Numbered from the stretch's first letter, positions 22,402 to 36,739 are shown. The stretch: 64,000 nt of DNA from Octopus vulgaris (GCA_951406725.2 OX597838.1:7502001-7566000); one strand, 5' to 3'. A program made the numbers and translations. The notes: generated from the letters alone by a model not told the origin.

Positions 22402-22911
22402 TCATACAGGGACACACATGCGTATGTACCTGCATACATACTCACACACATAACTTCTGAACGCAGGGAACAAAACACAAAATGAAAGGATAAAACAGGA
22501 CGGATGACACCCCCTCCAATACTTTCATATAATTATCCTTCTCCATTCTCACAACGGACACTGTTTGAAATCTAATATCTCTCAATGTTAGATTTATTCC
22601 TTCACATTCTGCCATCTCTGTTGCTTCATTGATTGTATTTCCTTCTTTACCATTCAATTCTGAGATACTGTGTCATTATTATTCATCGTGTGGAAACATA
22701 TACACTCACCACGCATATGAATATATACACAAACAATCATTTTCACAGATATACATGTAAATACATCAATACATATGTATGTATATATACATATATATAT
22801 AAATATATATATATATATGTGTGTGTGTGTGTATGTGTGTATGCATATACGTATATGAACATCTACATATATATACGTATGTATATACTTTGAAGTATAT
22901 ATATATATATG

Positions 22912-22944
<33 letters not shown>

Positions 22945-23448
22945 TATGTATGTATGCATGTACGTCCATATAAATGTATCAATATAATGTGCATACATGC
23001 ATACGTATATATATATATATACATACATATGTATATATATATATATGAGTGAGTGTGTGTGTGTGAGTGTGTTAGTGTGCGTGTGTGTGTCTGTATGTAT
23101 ATGCATATGTATGTATGCATGTACGTCCATATAAATTTTATCAATATAAGGTATTCAACATTTGTGCGTAGCTGAAAGCCAGAAGCTTCAGTTTTGGTTC
23201 CGTAAAAAATCTTTTTATAGACAGATTATATAAGAAAATCACAATATACTTCATAAATATGTGAAGAGTAATCGCCGAAGAAGTGAGCTCCAAATCGACA
23301 GATACGTGTCTCAACGTTCCTTCAGCTTGTCAGTGACATGTACTTTTGTCAATTCCATAACGAGAATGAACCAGCCAGTCTCCAGTATTTAGACACAGTT
23401 TATAAAGAATACAGTGCTTTGCAAAGGAGACGCAGGGCAGATTAGAAT

Positions 23449-23868
23449 TGATTGATTGATTGATTCTAGTTTCAGCTCATGAGCTGTGGCCATGCTGGGG
23501 CACCGCCATTTGGTGTTGCTACTTGGTTTTACTTCACGAAAGCTTTTTAGCAACTGCCATTTGGTGCATGAGAGAGTTCGATGCAGCTGCCCTCATCTGC
23601 ACCTCCTGCCGTGAAGTTGGTTCATCTGGGACACCTGACAGGAAGAGATCCAGTTTCATTTTAAAGACATCTGCATCCACCTCATGCAGGTCTCTCAGGT
23701 TCTTCGGGAGGATATTGAAGAGTTGTGGGCCTCGGAAGCCCAGGCTATCACAGTATCTTGTCCTACATCTTGATGGCAAATTTGGAGTCCTAGGCACCAC
23801 GCAGTGGCGCCCAGTTCTGGCATTTGTGTAACTCTCGATGCCAAAGTTTGGGACACGCCCCTCCAGAA
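23449..23868 (-). mobile_element. 5'-truncated copy of the 10581-15610 LINE (last ~420 bp)
   Basis: Near-identical to 10581-10995, same peptide VPRTPNLPSRCRTRYCDSLGFRGPQLFN, same (TGAT)n end on plus. Confidence 0.95.
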
Positions 23869-25885
23869 TATGGAACAGAAATATTGCTATAATTCATGGA
23901 ATATAATATGGAACAGAAATATTGCTATAATTCAAAAAGAGAAAAAAAAAACAGTTTTCGATGCAACATAAGGTACGCGTGTAATTTGAAAAGGAACAAG
24001 CCTATGGTTTCGTCTGGGAAAATCCTTTTATAGTGGTATTATATAAAAAGCACTATATGATTTAGAGTTAGGCGAAAAGAAATTGCTCCTGGAATGACAG
24101 TGAGAGACGCAGATATGTTTTTTGCCGATTTCGTGCGTCGTTGAAGTCGTATTTAATGGATTGTGATTTTAGTTTCGACAAATTTTCGGGGCCAATCTAA
24201 GTTCTATCCAGATTAATATTATTATTAGTAATATACCGTTGTGTTTAGGAGTATTATTAACGCGAGCAGTGTTCTTCTCTACAATGCATGCTATTAAAAG
24301 TCAATGGTAGATTATTGAGAAAAAAGAAATAAATGGATTTTATAAACATGAAAAGGGAGATGACTGTCTCGGGTATATTCGCATCCTGTATACAACATAA
24401 ATCGTGACATCATTGGCCAACGAGGGTTTTCTACGGGATGTATGACAGCCCTTCATTAAACGCATTTGTCATTTTTACTCACAGTATATCTGGCTTAGGA
24501 TGAAGGAGTAAACACAAGCGACTAAAGCATTTGAAGGAACGGTTGATTTCGTTCATCACTCCGCGTACCTTGCGCAGATTTGCTACATCCCATAAACCTC
24601 AAGATGTGAAAGAGAAAATTCGCAGCTTTGGGATTTTATCAGAAGCACTTTCAAGCCACTCAAAGTATCACCCAGTATAATTCATCACAACACAAGAGAA
24701 GTTTAGTTAACCCAAGATGCATAGATAAGAATACCAGTTTCATCAACGGTGGATGCAATAACTCCATATGTGAAGAGCTTAACAAGACGGCTTATAATGA
24801 GTCTCAGAATTAAAATCTTTACACATAGAATGCTGGAATAAACTATTCAGACAATAATTATCGTTTGATGAGAGAAAAAAGAGATATTTTTCCAGTATCT
24901 AAGTGTATTTCTAACGATGAGTCAAACTGGCCCCCAAGGCGACCCTAATGGGATCGTTCTTCCGTGGTACCATGACACGGCTAAGTTTCTTAGCCACCCT
25001 CGCAAACTAGTCGAAATTTTAATGTGAAATTCTTCATTCTCTGGGACCGATATATAAACCACGACCAAAATATTGTTGTCCACCCGTCTCCCACTTTTTT
25101 CTAAGCCCTTCTTTCAAAGGTAAAAAGGTACGTGACTCTGTAGTACTGGTACACATATTTAAAAAGTATCAAAAAACACACAGCAGGTTGATTAAACATG
25201 AATGATACAACTAAAAGAAAAATGATGAAGATAATGTAATGCAAGCCATTGCGATAGCACGTGGCCCAGTGGTTAGAGTGTTGCACTCACGATCGCCAGA
25301 CCGTTGGTTCGATTCCGCAACCGGCGTTCTTCAGCAAATTACTTCCTTTCCCGCTCTACTAGTGCTGCGTGAGAACCGGCTTACCAAAGAATACAACCTT
25401 TCGTTTATATGAGTTACGGTTTGTACTGTGACATCGTAAAAACCTCACCACCAACGACTACCCAGAAAAGGACCCATGGAGAGGAGGGCTAGCGCCTAAG
25501 CGGTTATAAAGATGTCTTTCTTCGGATGTAGTAGGAAATCACCAACGATTGTTTGATGTGATAACACGTTGTTACAACGCTTGTCCGCAATGTTATTATT
25601 GTTGTAGAAAGCTACTTGATATGATATTCAGCATATGAGTTAACGAGAAACACCTGTCACATACGAAGGTGTAGGTAGCTCTTGAAGCATCTGTTCGGTG
25701 ATGAAAATGTTCATCATTTAAATTCTACGCGGTAGCACGAACTCTTAGAAACGGAAAGCAGATCACCCTCAAATATATAAATTACTGTAATTTAGAAAGA
25801 GGACATTAAAATTGTGGATGCTCATGGCAGGAACGCTGTTGACTGGCCGATCCAATTCTTAAAGTAAATACGGGGGCAGAGAAGC

Positions 25886-26039
25886 TGATGATTGTGATGA
25901 TGATGATGATCATGATCATGATTATGATCCTGATCATGATGATGACGACGATGATGATCATGATGTGGACGAGGCGGAGGCGCGCAAGAAGAAAAATAAG
26001 AAAGAAGAAGAAGAAGAAGAAGAAGAAGAAGAAGAAGAA

Positions 26040-26078
<39 letters not shown>

Positions 26079-26118
26079 TGATGATGATGATGATGATGAA
26101 TAAGGAGAGGAAGAAGAA

Positions 26119-26151
<33 letters not shown>

Positions 26152-26410
26152 TAAGGAGAGGAAGAAGAAGAAGAAGAAGAAGAAGAAGAAGAAGAAGAAG
26201 ACGAAGAAGAGGAAGAAGAAGAAGGTGAAGAAGGTGAATAAGGTGAAGAAGGTGAAGAAGTAGCAGGAAAGAAAGCAGAAGAGTTTTTAAAAAAAAAGCA
26301 GCAACAACAAACACTACCACCAGCAACAACAACAACACCAACAACAACCACAGCCTCGACACCAAGCATCAACATCATCATCAACAGCAACAACAACATC
26401 AACATCATAA
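25886..26410. repeat. Compound trinucleotide microsatellite (GAT/GAA/CAA)
   Basis: Direct reading. Confidence 0.95.
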
Positions 26411-26429
26411 CTGGTGCATGCTTCGACTC

Positions 26430-26960
26430 CAATGTCGCAGTATTACATTTCGATACCTCTAATCTACCTGTCCTGGTTTATTAAGAACAGTTTCACAATG
26501 AAGATTATACTAACATTTCCCAACGGTTCCTTTTTCTTTTCCTTCTCCTTTCTTCTTTTTCCTCTCCTTTTGGCATTGTATTGTGTTAGCAGGTGCCTCA
26601 TATTTTATCGGTATTATCTTCTTCTCTTTAATTCTTTCTGTTTTTAATTCAGGAAGACCAACGTAGAAGAAGACACGTTGGAGTTCCACAGTATATATAA
26701 TTTCCGTAATTCTCGGCTTTTACCATCTTTTCAATAGCACTGATTCTGCAGGAAGCTTCTTTCCTAAGACTTATGATATTTTCTTCTTCGTTTGTTTTGT
26801 TTTGTTATTTATTTTTTTTTTTTTTTGCTTTTTCGCTTTTCGTTTTTCCAGAATACCTATTTATATCCATTATTTTCTTTATTTTCTTTTTTTTTTGTGC
26901 CGATTCTTTTGCTTTGGTTACTTAACCATTGGAACGTTCATTGTTTCACGTATTCCTAGA
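26430..26960 (-). mobile_element. Possible highly decayed N-terminal part of an R4/Dong ORF
   Basis: Faint peptide similarity (NYIYCG..., KKKEP...) and position among trinucleotide tracts. Confidence 0.25.
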
Positions 26961-27048
26961 TTCCATTCATTCGACTTAATAATAAAATTATGAGGAGAAG
27001 AAGTTATATTGACAACACCACCACCGACACCAGCAACAACAGCAGCAG

Positions 27049-27049
27049 C

Positions 27050-27115
<66 letters not shown>

Positions 27116-27122
27116 TAATAAT

Positions 27123-27220
<98 letters not shown>

Positions 27221-27253
27221 AAATAATAATAATAATAATAATAAATAATAATA

Positions 27254-27352
<99 letters not shown>
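27049..27352. repeat. (AAT)n microsatellite
   Basis: Direct reading. Confidence 0.97.
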
Positions 27353-28200
27353 GCATTTCAAGATCAATGCCTACCAACAAGAAACTACCAGGCCATCATA
27401 TTAAAGATCAGAAGCAGTCCAACGTGTCGTGTATGCAAGCAACAAAATGAAACCATTGACCATGTGGTCTCCAAGTGCAGTCTTCTAGCGCCTACAGAGT
27501 ATCTCAACAGGCACGATAGAGCTGCACAATATATTCACTGGGTAATCTGTAAAAACCTGGATTTGCCCCATGAAAAAAACTGGTGGGAACACAAACCACC
27601 CCCAGTGCTTGAAAATGACCACATCTCACTCCTCTGGAACTTCGCCATTCAAACTGACAGAAAGATAGATGCAAATAGGCCAGACATCATATTGAAAGAC
27701 TTCAAACAAAGAACATGCCTCCTCATTGATATGACTGTCCCAATCGATATAAACGTATCTGTCAAGACCTACCAAAAACTGAGCAAATATAAAGATCTTG
27801 AAATAGAAATCAGTAAAATGTGGAAGCTGAAGACTAAAACAATACCTGTTGTCATAGGTGCCCTGGGAATGATAGCAAAAGGGGCAGATAGCTACCTAAC
27901 TCAGATACCAGGAAACCCAAAAATGGCAGAAATTCAAAAGATAGTGCTCATGGGAACTGCTCATATCCTACGCAAAATACTTTCTATGTAATCTCAAGGT
28001 TTAAAACAAACATAATTTTCGGTTTAAAAAAAAAAAAAAAAAAAAATTTTTAGACATTCATTAGTACAACACCCCCACCCCCCAAATATATGGCACACTA
28101 GGCATAACAACAACATGAACTTCCAACCCTGTTGTCTCTTGAGGTCTCTGGGTGAGACTTGGAGCCAACTTGTACAAATATAAAGCAAAAGTCAAACATA
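27353..28200 (+). mobile_element. 5'-truncated R4/Dong-clade retrotransposon (CCHC plus restriction-like endonuclease, 3' UTR) inserted in (TAA)n
   Basis: QDQCLPTRNY, CRVC...ETIDHVVSKC, RHD, NRPDIIL, LLIDMTVP, KLSKYKDL, PVVIGALG; stop at 27991; (TAA)n on both sides. Confidence 0.9.
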
Positions 28201-28232
28201 GAATAATAATAATACTGATGATGATGATGATG

Positions 28233-28264
<32 letters not shown>

Positions 28265-28287
28265 TATTATTATTATTATTATTATAA

Positions 28288-28500
28288 TCCGTTCTACTAT
28301 AGGCACAAGGCCTGGTTTTTTTTGTGTGGAAGGGGACCCTCGATCACATCGTCTCCAGTACGCAACTGGTACTTAATTCATCGACCCCGAAATGACGAGA
28401 GACAAAATCGACCTCGGTGAAATTTGAACTCAGAATGTAATGGAAGACGAAATACCGTCATACACTTCGCTCGGCGTGCTAAGGAGCCTGCCAGGTCAAC
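28288..28500 (-). mobile_element. SINE family B (tail 2)
   Basis: TTCTACTATAGGCACAAGGCC...ATCGACCCCGAAA...GACCTCGG.GAAATTTGAACTCAGAA. Confidence 0.75.
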
Positions 28501-28659
28501 TAAGAGATGTCAGTGTTCCCACTGATAAAAACCAAACTTATCTATAAAGGAATTCGACAAATTATGAAAATATATGGCTTTGGAAATTAAAATACAAAAG
28601 ACGTGGCATCTTAAACTGAGAAATGCTCCTGTTATTGTGGGTTACGTAGGTAAGATAAG

Positions 28660-28688
28660 AAATAGAAGAAGGAGAAGAAGAAGAAGTA

Positions 28689-28723
<35 letters not shown>

Positions 28724-29003
28724 AGAAGAAGAAGATAAAGAAGAAGATAAAGAAGAAGAAGAGGAAGAAAAAGAAGAAGAAGAAGAAGAAGAAGAAGAAG
28801 AAGAAGAAGAAGAAGAAGAGGAAGGAGTAGAAGAAGAAGAAGAAGACGTAGAAGAAGAAGAAAATGAAGAAGAAGAAGAAGAAGAAGAAGAAGAAGAAGA
28901 AAATGAAGAAGAAGAAGAAGAAGAAGAAGAAGAAGAAGAAGAAGAAGAAGAAGAAGAAGAAGAAGAAGAAGAAGAAGAAGAAGAAGAAGAAGAAGAAGAA
29001 GAA
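28660..29003. repeat. (GAA)n microsatellite
   Basis: Direct reading. Confidence 0.97.
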
Positions 29004-29009
29004 ACGCGG

Positions 29010-29305
29010 CATAAACAGTGTGGAAAATATGCATGAATTATTAGATCAACGCAACTAAGAAGAAATGACATGAACATCAGCCAACTACAGTCGCTAATAA
29101 AAATGCTACGACTTTGCACCGGGATATTTTCGTCCATATTGGCGGAGAGTTAAAGGTCAACAAATCTGACATCGTTATTAAGGACGGAAAGGACAAGAAG
29201 TGTATACTTATCGACACTGTTTATAACTTCTGAAGGAGACTTACACGAAAATCAAAGGCAAACTGACCAAGTACAAAGAGCCGAAGATTGAAATCATCAA
29301 ATGAA
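29010..29305 (+). mobile_element. Older decayed R4/Dong endonuclease fragment
   Basis: HEHQPTTV...KVNKSDIVIKDGKDKKCILID...KLTKYKEPKIEI is collinear with the 27353 copy; has stops and frameshifts. Confidence 0.65.
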
Positions 29306-29845
29306 TTTTAATTTTCGGTTAAATGCTCATCAATTTTACACACTTGCATTCACATATTTTATGTGCGTTTCTTTAACGCCAAGTGTATGTGTAATGGTTG
29401 CTGTTATGCAGATAAATATGATAATTATGTAGTTTTACTCATTCAGTGTATTCTAATATTTGCTGACTTCGCATTAATACATCCATTATACTTGATATTC
29501 TCATATCGTCGAAGATAATTGTAACTCTCACTAAGCTGTAGAGTTTTCATTGTGATACAGCAACTTGAAGGAGAAATTTATCTCCTTCGTTGCCTGGTAA
29601 AACAGGGTGTAATTAACGAATAAACGCTTGGCTGGAACTTACTTGCCTCTTGGCTTATTTTTCATAATCTTAGTGAGAAAAGCTTACGCTACACGTTTGC
29701 ACTTCGGTCCGGCTGAAATCGTTTATATTGGGTTGTATTTGACATAATTACAGAAACGCAATCGGGTTTATTTGATAAGACGTTTGATTCCCATCTACAT
29801 AGTTCCTCGTTCAGTCCTACAGCGTGTCATTTCGTTTTCTACAGT

Positions 29846-30229
29846 GGAAGCACTGCGTCGGTGACGACGACGAGGGTTCCGGTTGATCCGAATCAACGGA
29901 ACAGCCTGCTCGTGAAATTAACGTGTAAGTGGCTGAGCACTCCACAGACACGTGTACCCTTAACGTAGTTCTCGGGGATATTCAGCGTGACACAGAGAGT
30001 GACAAGGCCGGCACTTTGAAATACAGGTACAACAGAAACATGAAGTAAGAGTGAGAGAAAGTTGTGGTGAAAGAGTTCAGCAGGGATCACCACATTCCCC
30101 TGCCGGAGCCTCGTGGAGCTTTATGTGTTTTCGCTCAATAAACACTCACAACGCCCGGTCTGGGAATCGAAACCGTGATCCTATGACCGGGAGTTCGCAG
30201 CCCTAACCACTGGGCCATTGCGCCTCCAC
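29846..30229 (-). mobile_element. SINE family C (tRNA-derived, possibly the described octopus OR type) with 13-bp TSD, inserted in an old family A copy
   Basis: TSD CGTTTTCTACAGT at 29833-29845 and 30230-30242; head GTGGAGGCGCAATGGCCCAGTGGTTAGGGC...GGTTTCGATTCCC. Confidence 0.9.
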
Positions 30230-30424
30230 CGTTTTCTACAGTAACTTCGGGTAGACTAAAGTCTACTCAGTGGATTTAGTAGAGAAAAAAATAAGTCTGA
30301 TGTTGGTGTGTATACGTGCGCGTAACTTAACGGTTTGACAAATGTAACCGACAGAATAAGAACTAGGTTTAGAAGGAATAAACCCTGGGGTCGGTTTCTT
30401 TTGACTAAATCCCTTTAAGCGTTT

Positions 30425-30935
30425 GTCTATCTGTGTGAATGTGTATGTGTATGTGTGTGTGTGAATATATGTGTCTGTATGAATGTTTGTGTCTATGTCT
30501 GTGAGTCTGTGTGTGTCTGTTTGAATGTGTGTGTGTGTCACTGTCTGTCGGTGTGCATGTGTACGAATGTGTATATGTGTCTGTGTGTAAATGTGTGTGT
30601 GTATCTGTGCAAATATCTGGGTGTGTGTCTGTGTGTCTGTGAGTCTGTGTTAGTGTATTTGAATGTGTGTGTGTGTCACTGTCTGTCGGTGTGCATCTGT
30701 GTGAATGTGTATATGTGTATGCGTGTGAATGTGTGTGTCTGTCTATTTTTGTGAATGTATGTGTGTGTGTTTGTGCGAATCTCTGTGTCTGTATGTGTGA
30801 ATGCATGTGAGTCTCTTTGTGTCTGTTTCAATGTGTGTATGTCACTGTCTGTCGGTATGTCTGTATGTGAATGTCTGTGTGTGAATGTATGTGAGTATGT
30901 GTGTGTGTGTATTTGAATGTGTGTCTGTGTCTGTT
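30425..30935. repeat. GT-rich degenerate minisatellite (~140-165 bp period)
   Basis: GTCACTGTCTGTCGGT recurs at ~30537, ~30675 and ~30841. Confidence 0.8.
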
Positions 30936-32740
30936 TTCTTTCAGTTTCCCTCTTCCAAAACCAACTACATCGCTTTGGTCAACTCCGTGCTACTGTAGAA
31001 GACAGTCGGAGTGGGACTGAACCCGTACCTACACGCCTGGAGAGTAAACGACCAACCAAACATACAATTTTTATATAATAATTGTACAGGAATACCATTT
31101 CTTTTGTATATGAGTATATTTCGTTTTCATGTGAAGTGTACGTGGAGCAATGCATATTGTTTATTGATAAAAATTTCGATCGCTGGTTTGTTATTAAAAA
31201 ATGTTTTCGTTTTTTAAATATTGCAGACACGGAAACTCCGATGTTCAAAGCGAATTTTTTTAACGGCATCATAAAATTGTTAGTGAAGGTAATGAAAAAA
31301 AAATCATATTAAAATACTTACTGTTGATGATTGTATAACTTATTTCCTTTCCGTTCATACAATACATTTCTATGTTTCATTATCAATAACTATTAAAAGA
31401 ATATATAAACACACAACTAGAGATGTAATAATACTCTTTTTTCTACCCCTTCATCATATGAGCTAAGATACCAGGTACAATAGAAGTTTCAGCAACGGAA
31501 TATACAATCGAAAATATACAAACAATGTAGGGATGGAAAACAATATAGAAAGCAATAAGTAAACCCTTAAATTTGCTATGTTCGATTTAGAGATTGTAAA
31601 AGACGCTTGCAGGAAAGTAAAATTAGTCGACATTGAAAATCATATTTTCATAAAGGCAATATATAAAATTGGAATTTATAAGAATTTTCTAGACAATAGA
31701 GATATTGATAATTGTTTGCTTTCAGTAAATATTAGATAACTCTAACTAAATAATAAACAGCTTTTTGCTGTTTATTATTAAAATAGTAACAATAAAAGCG
31801 TCTAGCTTTAAATTATTCCTCATACTCGTTTTGTCGGTGTGTGTGTCAATATTTATGTGTATATATGGGACTGCGTCTGTGTGCGTAAAAATTCGACACA
31901 CGCAATGCTTACAAAATAAGTGTAATTTGGTTATTATCAGGATTATCACAGGCTGAGCCTAATCTACACCTGGAATTGGTAAACATAAAGTTAATCAGCC
32001 ACCAAGTAAGACATACGTGAATAAATATATATATGTGCGTGTGTTTGTGTGTGTGTGTGTGAGTGTGTCTGTGTGTGTGTAACTTTATATATAAAGATGT
32101 ATATATGATTATATATGTGTATGTGTATAATATACAAAAGTATATGGATAGAGTTTGAATGAGAGGGAGAGACAAAATATTCTTTGTATGCATGTATATA
32201 TATATATATGTGAGTGTGTGTATATGTATACATATATATATATATATATAAGTGTGTGTGGGTGTGTGTGTATGATGTACATGTATATATATATACATAT
32301 ATATATATGTATAAATATAAACGAAAAATTTCCTGTCTGCAGTAAATGTACGTATAAAGTGTTTAAAATGCATTGTGAATAATCATTTTCGAAATGGTAT
32401 TCTGAACCGCCTGCGTGTGAATGACATTTCAAAATTGTTCGTATATTCTGATATATAACAACAATGATTATATGCCTTCCGGGGAGTCTTACTAGTAAAC
32501 GCCATTTTTCTTGTCGTTTAAACAATAGGAAAACAACACAATATATAAAATCATGGCCCACAAAAACATCATCATATCACTTCAATAAACTCCAGAAACA
32601 CACACAACAGCTCTCTGTGTTGTTGACATTAGCAGAAATGTCAAGAAAAGAAAAGAAAAAAAACAATATAAGAAGCGGCAACTGAAGACATTACGCACAC
32701 ACACACACGCATACACGCACATATATATATATATATTTAT

Positions 32741-32807
<67 letters not shown>

Positions 32808-34034
32808 ATATATATATTTATATTCATATATATATATATATATATATATATAAATTAGCATTCTCCTTTTCTTCTCACGTATTTGCAAAACAAAATTGAA
32901 ATATAGAAACAATAATTAAATCAAAAATTTAAAATGGTAATATTTTTACTATAAGGAAGAGATATTATTTTTTTTATAATTTTTAGAATTTTTTTCCTGA
33001 AGAAAGGTGTTTTCTAAAAGTATGCCACAGGCCAAATTAATTAGTTTTCAATTTGAAAGTATCAAAATATCTTTAAAAAAATATATATATATATACATAT
33101 CCATACATATATAGATATATATACGTAGACAGACTAGAGAATAACATCTGTTTATTTTAATATATATCTCTGATTGTAAATACATACACGCAAGACATTT
33201 TGTCTATGTATATGTATTTTGTATATATATTTTTAGTATATAATTATTAACATACATATATACATGCATGCTTGCATATATTTATATGTATTTGTATTTA
33301 TCTACATGCACACACGCACACACATTCATATACACACACACATGTCCATGTGTATGTATGTATACGTATATAATGTCATATAAGATTATGTTAAAATGTC
33401 GTGCGAACTAACTTGTCGATTGCTTAAAAGTACCTCCTCTTCCAGAGAAAAGTACGACAGTCATTCTGTTAGCAATAGAACTAACCGCAGAATAACGGGG
33501 GAAATAATTGTAGTGGAGTCACATTGCATAAATGGAAAGAAATATTTCATTTGAGAAAAATGCTGTGAGGATGGGTTTCTACAATCAGACCAATATTTCA
33601 TCAGAGGCGGAATCCTGTATTGCGATGCAAGCTACTTAAAACCAGACTAAGCTTAAAATACGTCTTCGTTATATTTTACTTATCTTAACCCAAATCGTGA
33701 CATGAAACGTATCTAGATTTTCGTTGCTTATCTTTTTTTTCATATTTCTAGGCTTTCATCCATTCGGGGGTGATATAATAAGTACTAGTTTGAACCCTGA
33801 GGTCGAACAATGAGACCGTGTGCCAAAATGTGAAACCATCGTTATTATTATTGAAGTTGCTACTGTTTTGTTTTTTTTTGTTTGTTTTTTGAGCGAATCG
33901 GTCTTCGTGGGAGAAGTCCGAAACGTGGTCCTTTGCTATTCGTAAGACCCACAGATGAAAAACCAGGTCAAACCCTGACACCGGGAGCATCGACGGATGG
34001 ATGAAGGCGCATCCAGGCTCAGCGGTTGCGTAGG

Positions 34035-34320
34035 AAGTCGACCTCGGCACAATCTGAACTCAGAACGTAACGGCAGACGAAATAACTTTTTCTTTATTAC
34101 CCACAAGGGGCTAGACATAGAGGGGACAAACACGGACAGACATAGGTATTAAGTCGATTACATCGACCCCAGTGCGTAACTGGTACTTACTTTATCGACC
34201 CCGAAAGGATGAAAGGCTAAGTCGACCTCGGCGGAATTTGAACTCAGAACGTAGCGATGGGCGAAATACCGCTGAGCATTTCGCCCGGCGTCCTCACGAT
34301 TCTGCCAGCTCACCGCCTCT
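34035..34320 (-). mobile_element. SINE family B dimer (tail-1 unit joined to a partial second unit)
   Basis: Two GTCGACCTCGGC...GAACTCAGAACGTA segments; junction at ~34086. Confidence 0.8.
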
Positions 34321-34520
34321 AAGCCTTTTATCTAGGGTCTTACTAAATCTGTTACAGCTGTTTCTGAGCTCCATTTATTTGTCTGGGATATGAAGTTGAG
34401 ATAAAGAATATAGCCGTAGTAGCATAAACGATTTTATGTACGCTCGTGTACATTTTAGTGTGGTTTTTCACTGAATGAATTAGGACTGCCAAGCAGGATG
34501 GAAGCTTAATACAATAGCTA

Positions 34521-35017
34521 CAGGGTAAGACAGAAAGGACGGACATTTTTGAAATGGTTATTACTCAGCGCAAGGGAGGGGGCCATATGTCTGACAGGCA
34601 TTATTCGATCCGTGTTATTTTAGAATTTTTATTTTCTTTTTCAGGTGACTCCATGGCACTGTGGACCATAGAGCATCCCGTGTTCGCCTACTACAATTAC
34701 GTGAGGAATTACGTAAGTTCAGCCTAAGTTCCGGTGCCACTTCAACTTTCACCGAAATCAGGCTATACCCACCCGTAACACATTCTTGAGTTGACTGAAT
34801 GCACGAGATACCCCGGAAAATGTGGAACGCGTCAGACAAGCTTTCAGAAATACATCAATAAAAATGGACGCCACATGATGGATGTTGTTTTCCACGCTTG
34901 ATTTTGTCAAATGCTAATTCAGTACAAACACACTAATGTCAATAAAATCTGTTTGAAGCTAAAACTAATGATTTTGTGAATTTTTAACGAACGACCGACC
35001 CCTCTGCCCCGCCCCTG
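34521..35017 (+). mobile_element. Internally deleted Tc1/mariner-superfamily element (DUF4817-type HTH)
   Basis: MALWTIEHPVFAY..., VQPKFRCHFNFHRNQAIPTRNT, ENVERVRQA, C-terminal YINKNGRHMMDVVF; degenerate CAGGG...CCCTG TIRs with TA on the left. Confidence 0.7.
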
Positions 35018-35079
35018 TGTATCTCAGTTTTCTGTGTAGGCGTTTGTTTTTACGGTTTTATGCATTATTGTTTTATTCT

Positions 35080-35260
35080 CTTACTTGTTTCATTTATTTG
35101 AATGTGGCCGTGACGGAGCATTGCCTTTTAGTCGAAGAAATCGATTGTAGGCCAGGTACTTATTCTATCGCTCTCTTTTGCCGATCCGTTAAGTTATGGG
35201 GACTTAAACACAAACATCAGTTGTCAAGCGATGGTAGGGGACAAAGTTGGACACATATAT
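35080..35260 (-). mobile_element. SINE family A, 3' half
   Basis: TTTAGTCGA...GTACTTATTCTATCG...GTTGTCAAGCGATGG. Confidence 0.7.
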
Positions 35261-35304
35261 ACACACACACGCAGACACACACACACGTATATATATATAT
35301 ATTC

Positions 35305-35432
35305 GCCACCACCCCCTACAGGAGCATCGTGGAGCTTTAGGTGTTTTCTCTCAATAGACACAGACTACGCCCGGTTTTGGAATCGAAACCGTGAGTTCCT
35401 TGCCATAACCAATGGGCCATTCCGCCTCCACC
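35305..35432 (-). mobile_element. SINE family C head fragment
   Basis: CGTGGAGCTTTAGGTGTTTT...GAATCGAAACCG...TGGGCCATT.CGCCTCCAC. Confidence 0.75.
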
Positions 35433-35434
35433 GT

Positions 35435-35472
<38 letters not shown>

Positions 35473-36107
35473 GGGGGGTGCGTAATTATGAATGGAACAG
35501 GTACAACGACGACCGCAGTTTAATGACTGACAACAAATAACAGATAGAGGATGAAGGTTAGAATTTGTCACGTTAATGTGAACACGAGTTCAATTCAGTT
35601 ACTTATGGTAACAAGATATGACTGCTAAATCCGAGTTGAAATCTGTGTCGTGGTTATGTAAATATCTTACAGACGCGATGCAGAGTTAGAACACTGTATA
35701 TGCTTCGTGAAAGGAAAATGAACTTGAATCGCAGATCAACGGAAAATAAGAGATTCGGGTAGCAATGAAATGAGAAAAAATAATCATTCATGAGATGTAG
35801 AAAATTGTTGGAAATAAAATTCCATTAAATATTTTTTCCAACGGTTGAAGTCTTATAACTTTTGCAAATTAATTCCAGAAATGACGAAGATGTTACACAC
35901 TGGATGAGATGAAATTCAAATTAAAATGAGAAAAATTTATTCGGTGACAATTTAAAGCATGACACAGTGGAATGATGGCTTTCAGAATATTCAGAACAAG
36001 CAGAAGAAGAACATATATATATATACATAAATATTACGCACGCAATTACTAGCATACATGTATGCATGCTATACATATATACATACATACATAGATACAT
36101 ATATATG

Positions 36108-36209
<102 letters not shown>

Positions 36210-36249
36210 AATATGTGTATTTATATATATATATGTATACATATATTTT

Positions 36250-36280
36250 TTCTTCTTTCAGCTCAGAGCTGCGGCCATGC
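36250..36280 (-). mobile_element. Tiny 3'-terminal remnant of the same LINE group (stem-loop only) within (TA)n
   Basis: Minus strand GCATGGCCGCAGCTCTGAGCTGAAA matches the LINE terminus GCATGGCCACAGCTCATAAGCTGAAA. Confidence 0.55.
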
Positions 36281-36325
<45 letters not shown>

Positions 36326-36353
36326 TATAAATATATATGTATATATATATATT

Positions 36354-36405
<52 letters not shown>

Positions 36406-36739
36406 TATATATATGAATATATATATAAATATATGTATAATATGTGTGTGGCTTGTATGCACATAATTTATATATTTATATATATATTTATGTATATGTA
36501 CTTGTGGGACTTCTGGTAATTCCAGAGAACGAATAAGATTTCGTTCAGTTTAAGAATGAAAGGACTTGTGTTTTCCATCTTCTAAGTGATTTCACTTCCA
36601 GTTGCAATAATATATTGAAGGATTTTAAAATTCACCCCCCCCCCCAGCTAAGCCCTTTATATTTCTCTCTTTCTGTCTACCCCTTAAACATACGTTATAA
36701 CCATGCAATACCCCTCTTCATATCTTTAACATTTACTGT

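Noticed and set aside
25806-26432. 208-aa ORF resembling a signal peptide plus Ser-rich protein
   Set aside because: Made entirely of trinucleotide repeats.
33880-34035. GC-richer segment resembling a LINE 5' UTR, possibly with an HDV-like ribozyme
   Set aside because: I could not build the nested double pseudoknot, and there is no second copy to compare.
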